A stretch of DNA of 64,000 bases, taken from positions 7,006,001 through 7,070,000 of the forward strand of contig CM075990.1 of assembly GCA_038087875.1 (NCBI GenBank), in the 5' to 3' direction. Numbering within the stretch: position 1 is the stretch's first letter; every line of letters begins with the position of its first letter. The translations under genes were made by a program, and so were the position numbers. Below are positions 36,072 to 48,000 of this stretch, in pieces. The stretch comes from Malacoraja senta. Taxonomy: Eukaryota. Under the pieces are notes generated by a model. It was not told where the DNA came from. It did no database searches and saw only the letters and a program-made list of their open reading frames with translations.

Positions 36072-38772
36072 TCAGTATCCCGTACCTGCCTTCTCTCCAT
36101 ACCCCCTGATCCCTTTAGCCACAAGGGCCACATCTAACTCCCTCTTAAATATAGCCAATGAACTGGCCTCAACTACCCTCTGTGGCAGAGAGTTCCAGAG
36201 ATTCACCACTCCCTGTGTGAAAACATTTTTTCTCATCTCGGTCTTAAAGGATTTCCCCCTTATCCTTAAGCTGTGACCCCTTGTCCTGAACTTCCCCAAC
36301 ATCAGGAACAATCTTCCTGCATCTAGCCTGTCCAACCCCATAAGAATTTTGTACGTTTCTATAAGATCCCCTTTCAATCTCCTATATTCTAGCGAGTATA
36401 AGCCAAGTCTATCCAGTCTTTCTTCATATGAAAGTCCTGACATCCCAGGAATCAGTCTGGTGAACCTTCTCTGCACTCCCTCTATGGCTATAATGTCCTT
36501 CCTCAGATTTGGAGACCAAAACTGTACGCAATACTCCAGGTGTGGTCTCACCAAGACCCTGTACAACTGCAGTAGAACCTCCCTGCTCCTATACTCAAAT
36601 CCTTTTGCTATGAAAGCTAACATACCATTCGCTTTCTTCACTGCCTGCTGCACCTGCATGCCTACTTTCAATGACTGGTGTACCATGACACCCAGGTCTC
36701 ACTGCATCTCCCCTTTTCCTAATCGGCCACCATTTAGATAATAGTCTGCTTTCCTGTTTTTGCCACCAAAGTGGATAACCTCACATTTATCCACATTATA
36801 CTGCATCTGCCAAACATTTGCCCACTCACCCAGCATATCCAAGTCACCTTGCAGTCTCCTAGCATCCTCCTCACAGCTAACACTGCCCCCCAGCTTAGTG
36901 TCATCCGCAAACTTGGAGATGTTGCCTTCAATTCCCTCATCCAGGTCATTAATATAAATTGGAAATAGCTGGGGTCCCAGCACTGAGCCTTGCGGTACCC
37001 CACTAGTCACTGCCTGCCATTGTGAAAAGGACCTGTTTACTCCTACTCTTTGCTTCCTGTTTGCCAGTCAGTTCTCTATCCACATCAATACTGAACCCCC
37101 AATACCGTGTGCTTTAAGTTTGTATACTAATCTCTTATGTGCGACCTTGTCGAAAGCCTTCTGAAAGTCCAGATACAACACATCCACTGGTTCTCCCCTA
37201 TCCACTCTACTAGTTACATCCTCGAAAAATTCTATAAGATTCGTCAGACACGATTTACCTTTCGTAAATCCATGCTGACTTTGTCCAATGATTTCACCAC
37301 TTTCCAAATGTGCTGCTATCCCATCTTTAATAACTGACTCTAGCAGTTTCCCCACTACCGATGTTAGACTAACTGGTCTGTAATTCCCCGTTTTCTCTCT
37401 CCCTCCCTTCTTAAAAAGTGGGGTTACGTTTGCTACCCTCCAATCCTCAGGAACTACTCCAGAATCTAAAGAGTTTTGAAAAATTATCACTAATGCATCC
37501 ACTATTTCTGGAGCTACTTCCTTAAGTACTCTGGGATGCAGCCTATCTGGCCCTGGTGATTTATCGGCCTTTAATCCATTCAATTTACCCAAAACCACTT
37601 CCCGATGAACCTGGATTTCACTCAGTTCCTCCATCTCCTTTGACCCGCGGTCCCCTGCTATTTCCGGCAGATTATTTATGTCTTCCTTAGTGAAGACGGA
37701 ACCAAAGTAGTTATTCAATTGGTCCGCCATATCCTTGTTCCCCATGATCAATTCACCTGTTTCTGACTGCAAGGGACCTACATTTGTTTTAACTAATCTC
37801 TTTCTCTTCACATATCTATAAAAACTTTTGAAGTCAGTTTTTATGTTCCCTGCCAGTTTTCTTTCATAATCTATTTTCCCTTTCCTAATTAAGCCCTTTG
37901 TCCTCCCTCTGCTGGTCTCTGAATTTCTCCCAGTCCTCTGGTATGCTGCTTTTTCTGGCTAATTTGTACGCATCATCTTTTGCTTTGATACTATCCCTGA
38001 TTTCCCTTGTTATCCACGGATGCACTACCTTCCCTGATTTATTCTTTTGCTAAACTGGGATGAACAATTTTTGTAGTTCATCCATGCAGTCTTTAAATGC
38101 CTTCCATTGCATTTCTGAATTAACAATGTCACTCTCCATCCTAATGAAGAACTCAACCATATTATGGTCACTCTTGCCCAAGGGGGCACGCACAACAAGA
38201 CTGCTAACTAACCCTTCCTCATTACTCAATACCCAGTCTAGAATAGCCTGCTCTCTCGTTGGTTCCTCTACATGTTGGTTTAGATAACTATCCCGCATAC
38301 ATTCCAAGAAATCCTCTTCCTCAGCACCCCTGCCAATTTGATTCACCCAATCTATATGTAGATTGAAGTCACCCATTATAACTGTTTTGCCTTTGTTGCA
38401 CACATTTCTAATTTCCTGTTTGATGCCATCCCCAACTTCACTACTACTGCTAGGTGGCCTGTACACAACACCCACCAGCGTTTTCTGCCCCTTAGTGTTT
38501 CGCAGCTCTACCCATACCGATTCCACATCCTCCAAGCTAATGTCCTTCCTTTCCACTGCGTTAATCTCCTCTCTAACCAGCAACGCTACCCCACCTCCTT
38601 TTCCTTTCTCTCTATCCCTCCTGAATATTGAATATCCCTGGATGTTCAGCTCCCAGCCTTGGTCACCCTGGAGCCATGTCTCCATGATCCCAACTATATC
38701 ATAATCATTAATAGCTATCTGCACGTTCAACTCATCCACCTTATTACGAATGCTCCTTGCATTGAGACACAA
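36072..38772 (-). pseudogene. CR1 ORF2 (APE endonuclease + RT), broken by stops, frameshift and internal deletion
   Basis: CLNARSIRNK, IMGDFN, LGKSDH; [37 protein letters not shown]; split into four ORFs. Confidence 0.95.
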
Positions 38773-38891
38773 AGCCTTCAGGCTTGTTTTTACAACGCTC
38801 TTACCCCTTATACAATTATGTTGAAAAGTGGCCCTTTTTGATTTTTACCGTGGATTTGTCTGCCTGCCACTTTTACTTTTCACCTTGCTAC

Positions 38892-40268
38892 CTATTGCTT
38901 CCGCCCGCATTTTACACCCCTCTTTTCTCTGCTCACCCATTTAAGAACCCCACCAGCTCTTATTCTCTGTTTATTATTGTTTTCTTCTTTCCCCCCTACA
39001 TGTTGGGTCTGAGTGCTTTCCTTCTCTGCCTCCTGCCTCACACACTGTCTAATAGCTTTCTCTATTTGAGTCCCTCCCCCCAACCGTTCTAGTTTAAAGT
39101 CCTTTGTCTTTGTAGCCTTTGCAGATCTCCCCGCCAGGATATCGGTCCCCCTCAGGTTCAAGTGCAACCCATCCTTTTTGTACAGGTCGCACCTTCCACA
39201 AAAGAGGTCCCAATGATCCAGAAATTTGAATCCCTGCCCTCTGCACCAGTCCTTCAGCCACGCATTTATCCTCCACCTCGCTCCATTTCTACTCTCACTG
39301 TCGCGTGGCACAGGCAGTAATCCCGAGATTGTTACCTTTGCTGTCCTACTCTTTAACTCCCCTCCTAACTCCCTAAATTCTCCTTTCAGGACCTCTTCTC
39401 TTTTTTTACCTATGTCATTGGTACCTATATGTACCACGACCTCGGGCTCCTCTCCCTCCCCTTTCAGGATATCTTGGACACGTTGAGACACATCACAGAC
39501 CCTGGCACCAGGGAGGCAAACTACCATCCGGGTCTCCCGACTGCGTCCACAGAATCGCCTGTCTGACCCCCTAACTATAGAGTCCCCTATTAGTATTGCC
39601 CTCCTCTTCCTTTCCTTACCCTTCTGAGCAACAGGACCGGTCTCTGTACCGGAGGCCCGGCTGCTGTCGCTACCCCCAGGTAGGCTGTACCCCCCAACAG
39701 TGCTCAAACAGGAGTACTTATTGTCATGGTGTACAGCCACCGGGGTACTCTCTAGTCCCTGCCTGTGCCCCTTGCCTCTCCCAACCGTGATCCACTTGCC
39801 TGCCTCCTGTGGTCTTGGAGTGACCACCTCCCTGTAACTCCTCTCAATGACTTCCTCGCTCTCCCTGACCAGACGGAGGTCATCGGGCTGCTGCTCCAGG
39901 TTCCTAATACGGTCCCTTAGGAGCCGCATCTCGATACACCTGGCGCAGATGTGGACGTCTGGAGGGCTATCAGACTCCATGACTTCCCACATCTGACATC
40001 CGGAACAGTAAACTGCCCTGGCCCTCATACTCCCCTTACCTAGGATACAATACATCTGACATCCAGAACAGTAAACTGCCCTGGCCCTCATACTCCCCTT
40101 ACCCTTGATACAATACATCTGACATCCAGAACAACAAACTGCCCTGGCCCTCATACTCCCCTTACCCTGGATACAATACATCTGACATCCAGAACAGTAA
40201 ACTGCTACAATACAATCAGCTGGGAACTGACTCACAATCAGCTGCTCCCTCTTGTCTGCTTCCACCAA
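38892..40268 (-). CDS. CR1 ORF1 (N-terminal zinc finger + SGNH esterase-like domain)
   Basis: CSGC...CARC zinc-finger, IGDSIVR, HIGTND and DGLHL esterase blocks; true start probably MRARAV near 40028. Confidence 0.85.
   Translation of the reverse strand: MVEADKREQLIVSQFPADCIVAVYCSGCQMYCIQGKGSMRARAVCCSGCQMYCIKGKGSMRARAVYCSGCQMYCILGKGSMRARAVYCSGCQMWEVMESDSPPDVHICARCIEMRLLRDRIRNLEQQPDDLRLVRESEEVIERSYREVVTPRPQEAGKWITVGRGKGHRQGLESTPVAVHHDNKYSCLSTVGGYSLPGGSDSSRASGTETGPVAQKGKERKRRAILIGDSIVRGSDRRFCGRSRETRMVVCLPGARVCDVSQRVQDILKGEGEEPEVVVHIGTNDIGKKREEVLKGEFRELGGELKSRTAKVTISGLLPVPRDSESRNGARWRINAWLKDWCRGQGFKFLDHWDLFCGRCDLYKKDGLHLNLRGTDILAGRSAKATKTKDFKLERLGGGTQIEKAIRQCVRQEAEKESTQTQHVGGKEENNNKQRIRAGGVLKWVSREKRGVKCGRKQ
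39989..40205. repeat. 63-bp tandem repeat at the ORF1 start
   Basis: acatctgacatcc at 39989, 40052, 40115 and 40178. Confidence 0.9.
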
Positions 40269-40857
40269 TCAGCGGCTTCCTTAAGCCCACTTGTTTTTGA
40301 AGTGCGAGTGGAACTTGGAACGTTACAGATTTCGGTTCCTCCTCCCTCTGCGACCTCTCCAACGGCTCTCGGGCCTCTGTAAGGAACAAGCCCCGCGCTC
40401 CACTTTAACTACTACCGATGGATATGCAGAAATTGATTATGTGCAGGCAGATAAGAATTGATCTTGGCATCATGTTCGGCATAGACATTGTGGGCCAAAG
40501 GGCCTGTTCTTGTGCTGTACTGTTCTATGTTCTGTGTACCCGCAAACTAGGGATGAATTTCTGGAATACAAAAGAGAAAATGCTGGAAATACTCAACAGG
40601 TCAGGCGGCAATGGTGGGGGGAAGAAACAGAATTAATGGTGTCCGGTTGAAGGCCCTCCATTAGAACCGGGATGGTGAGCAAAGAAGGTTGTTAAGCTGC
40701 AGAAAGGGTGGGGAAGTGGGAACGATGATGATAGGGTAAAACCAGCGTGACCATGGAGATAAACTATAAACAAGGTTATCTGATCAGTGAGTGCATGGAA
40801 GTAGTTAGAGAGTGAGATCATAGACAAATGCACATGGACAAAAAATAACAGGGGATA

Positions 40858-41155
40858 ATAGCGCGGTGCAGCAGTTGAGTTGCTACCTTACAGCACCAGA
40901 GACCCGGGTTCGATCCTGACTACAGGTGCTGTCTGTACTGAGTTTGTATATTCTCCCCGTGACCGCATGGGTTTACTTCGGATGCTCCGGTTTCCTCCCA
41001 CATTCCTAAGACGTACAGGTTCGTAGGTTAATTGGCTTCGGTAAAAATTGTAAATTGTCCCTAGTGTGTAGGATAGGGCTAGTGTACGAGGATCGCTGGT
41101 CGACGCGGACTCGATGGGCTGAAGGGCCTGTTTCTGCGCTCTGTCTTTCAACTAA
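40858..41155 (+). mobile_element. HE1-type V-SINE
   Basis: A/B boxes, core and tail. Confidence 0.85.
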
Positions 41156-41334
41156 TAATTAGGGTTACAAAATACGAAGTAGAAAGTCATGCTCTGGAGG
41201 TCAGGCTAGACATGTCCTGAGGTCAGGCTAGACAAAAGCAGAGGAACAAACAAGATGAGCCAATATCACAGATAGATGATTGACACAGACAAATAAATAA
41301 ATGTACCTGAATTTGTAGAATTCAGTATTGAGTC

Positions 41335-41388
41335 GGGGTGGAAGATTGCAACCTTCACGTGGCCCGCCCTGTTTCGACTAATGCAATC
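41335..41388 (+). ncRNA. Minimal HDV-like (CPEB3-type) self-cleaving ribozyme fold
   Basis: P1 GGGGUGG/CCGCCCU with G1-U wobble, P2 GAUUGCA/UGCAAUC, P3 ACC/GGC, L3 UUCACGU, minimal P4 with UUCG, J4/2 CUAA. Confidence 0.8.
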
Positions 41389-41468
41389 AACTAAACGTGC
41401 ACAAACAGAAGATCAAATAGAACAAGTTGTCCTACAACTTTAGGCTGTGCACGCCACACGGAAGAAGA
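41335..41468 (+). mobile_element. 134-bp ribozyme-headed mini-retroelement with (GAA)n tail
   Basis: 11-bp TSD agtattgagtc at 41324-41334 and 41469-41479; inserted into a Penelope fragment. Confidence 0.85.
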
Positions 41469-44400
41469 AGTATTGAGTCCAGCATATTGCAACATGTTCA
41501 GACAGAAGATGAGATGTTGTTCCTCAAACATGTCTTGGGCCTGATCGTAACAGGGCAGGCTTGGTCTACACACTGAGATTCAGGGATTGAGGCATCTCAT
41601 GTCAAATTGAGTCATAGAGTCATGCTGCATGGAAACAGGTCCTACGGCCCAATTTGCCCATGCTGACCATTCCGACCAAGATGCCCCATCAGCACTAGTC
41701 CCAACTACCACGTTTGGTCCACATCCCTCTGAACTTTTCCAATCCTTAGGAAGGCTGAAATCAAGGAAGGTTTGTGGAATGTAGAAGCAAGGAACTGCAG
41801 ATGCTGGTTAACAAATAAAAACACACAAACTGCCAGAATAATTCTGCGGGCCAGGCAGCATCCCGGGAGAAAATGGATAGGTAGTGTTTCAGGTTGAGAC
41901 CCTTCTGCAGGCTCACTTGTTGCTGACATAGCTGGCAAAGATTGGTTTCATTTTCCCCATTCTTTCGAGTCCTGTGTTCACTCTTTTTGTGTCCTTGTGT
42001 TGAAAGTACACATGATAACTTTTAAATGAACAAAAATTGCATGCAAATCTGATTATACAGATAAATCTATCAGATTCAAGAGGTTTTGTTCAGTCATTTC
42101 AGTTATTTTCTGTTCAAAGCTCATTACACATTCATTACACCGTTAAAGCAATGTCCCAAGATACATTCTATTAATTAAAAGTAAAAATATCTTAATTACA
42201 AAAGATATTCTCAGAAGGTAGGAAAAAAAGATTATATATGTTAAAATAATATTCTAAAGATGCAAATAGCAAGCAAAATAACAAAACTTTTAACGACTGT
42301 CAAAGAAGTTTGCAATCATTAAATTAATGTCTTTGTTAGAAGAGGTGTGTGGATATAACCACATGAACCATTCCCAAGAGAAATAAGAATTATTCGCAAA
42401 GAGTGATCTTCCATTTTGTGTTTTTCAAGTCGATGAGACATCCCAAATGGCTTCTAAGATTCGAGAAATGTATTCTCTATTTTAGCGCAAGAGTTGATTA
42501 TATAAATATCTGGGATTCAAGTCACAAAGTGACCTGTTCCGGTGATTTTTGTTGAAGGATAACCGTTGATAAGATAATGCTTTATTTTGGACATTATCTT
42601 GGAATTCTTTACATCCTTCTAAACAGAGTTAATGCATACATTTTTAATGTCTCAAGTGACAAATGGCCCCAGTTTAAAGAACATTTTTTAACCACAGTGC
42701 TTCCCTGGAGAATCATTAATCTATGAAGTTCCGCAATTAATGTTTTAACTGGTATTGTGTACATTTTACCAGCATTGTAATATGTATATTTAAGGACCTG
42801 TGATCACTTGTGAAAACATATTTTTATTTAATGAGATACAAGGTCAAAAATAAAAGCTTATCTAAACAGTCTGTGCCGATTCAACGTATTAAGAAACAGA
42901 CTGACAAATGAACATAATTGTGGGTCATTGAGTTAATTTATAAAATTAAATTCATTCCACTGGGAAACAATTGTGATTTATGTAAAGGGAACCTTGTATG
43001 AAAAGTCAAAGATGAAATGTTTTTCTTTTTCAATTGAAAAACAAAACAAATTAGACTTAACGAGCAACTAAGGTAAAATGTATTGTATTTAATCATAAAA
43101 TTCCAACAATAGTTTTGCTTTATTTGCTGACAATCATTCTGTTTTTAGATTGGTTTGGCTTTGTTAGATGACTGTTATTGTGGTACTTTTCTCTGGGTTT
43201 TCAAACTTGCTTTCAGGAAAACACAGGCTTGCTTGCGTAGTTTCTTTTGACAATGAGTGGTGGGCAAATCACAGCCCCTTGGCTAAGAATTTGACTTAAC
43301 AGCACTCAATTCAGTACGCATACCCCCAAAAAAGCAGATAAGAGAAAATGACATCACAGCAGTATATATGTAGATAATTTCTAAGCACAATTTTCTAAAG
43401 ATGTATAGGAAGGAACTGCAGATGTTTGCTTAAACCAATGATAGACACAAAATGCTGGAGACGCTACTTTAGACTGAAGAAGGTCTCGACCCGAAACGTC
43501 ACCCATTCCTTCTATCCAGAGATGCTGCCTGTCCTGCTGAGTTACTCCAGCATTTTGTGTCTATCTTTCTAGAGATGTATCTCTAAACTAAACTAAGTTA
43601 TAGATAATAAAAAAAATTCATCCAGATACAAAAGGGTAATAACCAATTGTATTTTTTTAATGTACCTGGGGTTTTTGAATGTGCTATTCGCGACTCAGAC
43701 CACTTGTTGATCTTTATATTTGCAAATAGGAATTTCCATATTACCTGTTTGAGTGCTAATGTGATATTGCTTCTGACTGTGTGCGCTCCATGAGAAATCA
43801 GAAGAATTTATGTTCTGTCCAATTTTGCTCTAATAGAAATGTGGATTAAACAAAGTAAACTTTCAAATATTTTCTTATATTTCAATATTATACTTCAATA
43901 TTTTCTGGGTAAATGTACTCCAAAATACTAAGCAACAAGGAAACCACAGAGAACCAAATCATTGCACCTCAAGACACAAAGTGGTGGGATAACTCAGCGG
44001 GTCAGGCAGCATCTCTGGAAAACATAGATGGGTGACGTTTCTCCATGACCCCAGGTACATATAAAAAAACATTGGTTATTTACACTGGAAAGCCTTTAGT
44101 CGGTACCCTTATTCAATCTATGCTTGAACTTGCCAATGGAAAGGAAGCCACATTGGGAACACCTCTCACCTTTGTCCAACCATATACCTATCAAAAAATA
44201 AACTCCCTTCACTTGTGTCCACCTATTACATACAAGGCTTTGCCCTGCCCCCCCCCCCACCTCTCTTCCAGCTTCTTACTCCCCCCACAATCAGTTTGAA
44301 GAAGTGTCCTGACCCAGAAGGTCACCTATCCTTGTTCTCCAGAGATGCTGCCTGACCCATTGACTGAGCTATGCCAGCATTTCTTTTTTTGTAAACCTGA

Positions 44401-44574
44401 ATCTGCAGTTCCTTGTTTCTATGCTCTCCAACTTAATCTGTATCTCAGCTCCTGGACTGTGGCCTCACTGGTTGATCATCTCACACACTGCTTTTTTAGA
44501 CTGTGAGTTTCAGTTTGCCACCGCCAACATGGTTAAATAAAATCCTCAGTTTTGCTGATCCTTGTACTAATTAA

Positions 44575-45205
44575 CTTAAATCTAGAAATGGTAGGGAGAT
44601 GCCAGAGATGGTCCAAGTGAATTTGAGTGCAGGATGGAAATTAGTGGTGAAATTGATGGTCAGTGAGTTCTGCATGGATGCAGGAGGTAGCACCAATGCA
44701 GTCGTCAATGTAGCAGAGGTAGAATTCGGGGATAGAGCCAGTGTACGCCTGGAAGAGGGATTGTTCGACGTACCATACAAAGAGGCAGGCATAGCTAGGG
44801 CCCATGCGAGAGCCCATAGCTACACCTTATATTTGGAGGAAGTGGGAGGAGTTGAAGAGAAGTTGTTGAGGGTAAGGACCAGCTCTGCTCGGCGGAGGAG
44901 AGTATTGGTAGACGGAAATTGGCTGGTTCTGCGGTCGAGGAAGAAACGGAGGGCTTTAAAACCCTCCAGGTGGAGGATGGAGGTGTAGAGTGACTGGACA
45001 TCCATAGTAAAGATGAGGGAGTGGGGGCCTGGAAAACGGAAGTAATTGACGAGACGAAGAGTGTGTGAGGTGTTTTGGACATAGGTAGGGTGGGATTGGA
45101 CCAGGGGGATAGGATGGAGTCGAGGTGTGTGGAAATTAATTTGGTGGGACATGAACAAGCAGAAACAATGGGTCTGTCAGGACAGTTCTGTTTGTGGATT
45201 TTGGA
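44575..45205 (-). pseudogene. Penelope-like RT fragment
   Basis: PDRPIVSACSCPT, PTYVQNT, FTMDVQSLYTSI, ELVLTLNNF, NFHPALKFT across frameshifted frames. Confidence 0.85.
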
Positions 45206-45469
45206 CATAGTACTCTGTGTAAGATGATAGGATGTTGGGTCTTCTCTTCGCGTGGGTGCCAGGATTTTACTGTGTTGGGAGGTTGAGAGGGAGAACATTG
45301 GGACCCCGTAGGACTTCTTGGGAGGTAGAAGTGATATATTCAAGAGAGAGTTAGATATAGGTCTTAGGGCAAACGGAATCAAGGGATATGGGGAGAAAGC
45401 AGGAACGGGGTACTGGTTTTGGTTGATCAGCCACGATCATATTGAATGGCCTACTCCTGCCTGATCTAT

Positions 45470-45950
45470 TCGTGGCTTGGTTCGGTAACTTGAACGTCCA
45501 GGAGTGGAAAAGATTGCAGAAAGTTGTGACCACTGCCCAGTCCATCATCGGCTCTGACTTCCCCACCATCGAAGGGATCTATCGCAGTCGCTGCCTCAAA
45601 AAGGCTGCCAACATCATCAAAGACCCACACCATTCTGGCCACACACTCATCTCTCCGTTGCCATCGGGAAAAAGGTACAGGAGCTTGAAATCTGGAACAT
45701 CCAGGTTCAGGAGCAGCTTCTTCCCCACAGCCATCAGGCTATGAAGCACACCATCAAACAAACTCTGAACAATAACAGCCTATTGCACTTTATCTGTTTA
45801 TTTAGTGTGTATATATATATTTGGTCTATGGTATATAAACACACTGAACTTTTATCCTGTTCTGTATTATGTTTACATATTCTGTTGTGCTGCAGCAAGC
45901 AAGAATTTCATTGTCCTATCTGGGACACAGGACAATGAACTCTCTTGACT
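45470..45950 (+). mobile_element. Rex1/Babar 3' fragment
   Basis: VAWFGN...FFPTAIRL matches the 13849-15033 C-terminus; Rex1 3' UTR. Confidence 0.85.
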
Positions 45951-46199
45951 TCACTCGAGTATGGAAACAGGCCCTTCGGCCTAACTTGCCCACACCGACT
46001 AACATGTCCCATCTACACGTCCCTCTTGCCTGCGTTTGGCCCATATCCTCCTAAACCTGTCCTATCCATGTGCAGGAAGAAACTGCAGATGCTGGTTTAC
46101 ACCGAAGATAGTCACGAAATGCTGGAGTAACTCAGCGGGACAGGCAGCATCTCCAGAGAGAAGGAAGGGGTGATACTTTGGGTCGAGACCCTCCTTCAG

Positions 46200-47405
46200 A
46201 CATAGATGCATAGATACATAGAAAATAGGTGCAGGAGTAGGCCATTCGGCACTTCGAGCCTGCACCGCCATTCAATATGATCATGGCTGATCATCCAACT
46301 CAGTATCCCGTACCTGCCTTCTCTCCATACCCCCTGATCCCTTTAGCCACAAGGGCCACATCTTAAATATAGCCAATGAACTGGCCTCAACTACCCTCTG
46401 TGGCAGAGAGTTCCAGAGATTCACCACTCTCGGTCTTAAAGGATTTCCCCCTTATCCTTAAGCTGTGAGCCCTTGTCCTGGACTTCCCCAACATCGGGAA
46501 CAATCTTCCTGCATCTAGCCTGTCCAACCCCATAAGAATTTTGTACGTTTCTATAAGATCCCCTCTCAATCTCCTAAATTCTAGCGAGTATAAGCCAAGT
46601 CTATCCAGTCTTTCTTCATATGAAAGTCCTGACATCCCAGGAATCAGTCTGGTGAACCTTCTCTGCACTCCCTCTATGGCTATAATGTCCTTCTTCAGAT
46701 TTGGAGACCAGAACTGTATGCAATACTCCAGGTGTGGTCTCACCAAGACCCTGTACAACTGCAGTAGAACCTCCCTGCTCCTATACTCAAATCCTCTTGC
46801 TATGAAGGCCAACATACCATTCGCTTTCTTCACTGCCTGCTGCACCTGCATGCCTACTTTCAATGACTGGTGTACCATGACACCCAGGTCTCTCTGCATC
46901 TCCCCATTTCCTAATCGGCCACCATTTAGATAATAGTCTGCCTTCCCGTTTTTGCCACCAAAGTGGATAACCTCACATTTATCCACATTATACTGCATCT
47001 GCCAAACATTTGCCCACTCACGCAGCCTATCCAAGTCACCTTGCAGTCTCCTAGCATCCTCCTCACAGCTAACACTGCCCCCCAGCTTAGTGTCATCTGC
47101 AAACTTGGAGATGTTGCTTTCAATTCCCTCGTCCAGATCATTAATATAAATTGTAAATAGCTGGGGTCCCAGCACTGAGCCTTGCGGTACCCCACTAGTC
47201 ACTGCCTGCCATTGTGAAAAGGACTCGTTTACTCCTACTCTTTGCTTCCTGTTTGCCAGCCAGTTCTCTATCCACATCAATACTGAACCCCCAATACCGT
47301 GTGATTTAAGTTTGTATCCTAATCTCTTATGTGGTACCTTGTCGAAAGCCTTCTGAAAGTCCAGATACAACACATCCACTGGTTCTCCCCTATCCACTCT
47401 ACTAG
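46200..47405 (-). mobile_element. 5'-truncated HER1-like CR1 copy
   Basis: RT ORF 46387-47463 nearly identical to the 36072-37210 region. Confidence 0.95.
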
Positions 47406-47581
47406 ACTCTGTCCATGTACCTGTCCAGTTGCTTCTGAAACGTTGGGATAGTCCGTACCTCAACCACTACCTCCTCCTTGAGCAATTGGGGGGACGAGGT
47501 ACATTGGTCTCCTGAGATGAGCAGAGCAAGGGGAAGGGGGCAATCCACCAGCCTCACTGGGGAGACTACAGGAGAACTCAC

Positions 47582-47936
47582 CTGACGCTCTTCTGGCTGC
47601 TCTCCCTCAGACTGAGGGGCGCGCACGCACGGTTCGCGCGTGGGGCGGGGACGCGCACGTGAGGCGGGGGACGGGGACGTGAGGCGGCGGGGGACGCGCA
47701 CGTGTGGCGGGGGGACGGGGACGTGAGGCGGCGGGGACGCGCACGCAGGGGGGGACGGGGACGTGAGGCGGCGGGGACGCGCACGCAGGGGGGGGGGACG
47801 GTTGACGGTGGTTTTTTGCGCAGTTGTAGTGAGGGACGCTGCCGCCGCCGCTCGCTTGTTTGTGTCGCCGCCGCCGCCTGAACACGGGAGCCCGGGGTCG
47901 GTACAGAGCGGGTGGAGGAGCCAGGCCGAGCACGGG
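47582..47936. promoter_or_regulatory. CpG-island promoter, probably bidirectional, with non-coding first exons on both strands
   Basis: GC boxes, CACGTG and GCGCACGC motifs; plus-strand donor GGG|GTGAGT at 47936/47937; minus-strand donor CAG|GTGAGT at 47582/47581. Confidence 0.7.
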
Positions 47937-48000
47937 GTGAGTGGGTGAGGAGACACCATGTTATTGTAGTAGTGGAAGGGAGCGACCTCTCTCACCCTGG

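Larger units (their letters stand above)
35975..40416 (-). mobile_element. Near full-length CR1-clade LINE (HER1-like), inactivated
   Basis: 5' UTR, ORF1, APE-RT ORF2 and (tatgtttc/tatgtatc)n tail; host CR1 resumes on both sides. Confidence 0.95.

Noticed and set aside
36349-36741. Antisense ORFs repeated in each CR1 copy
   Set aside because: Shadow frames of the RT coding sequence
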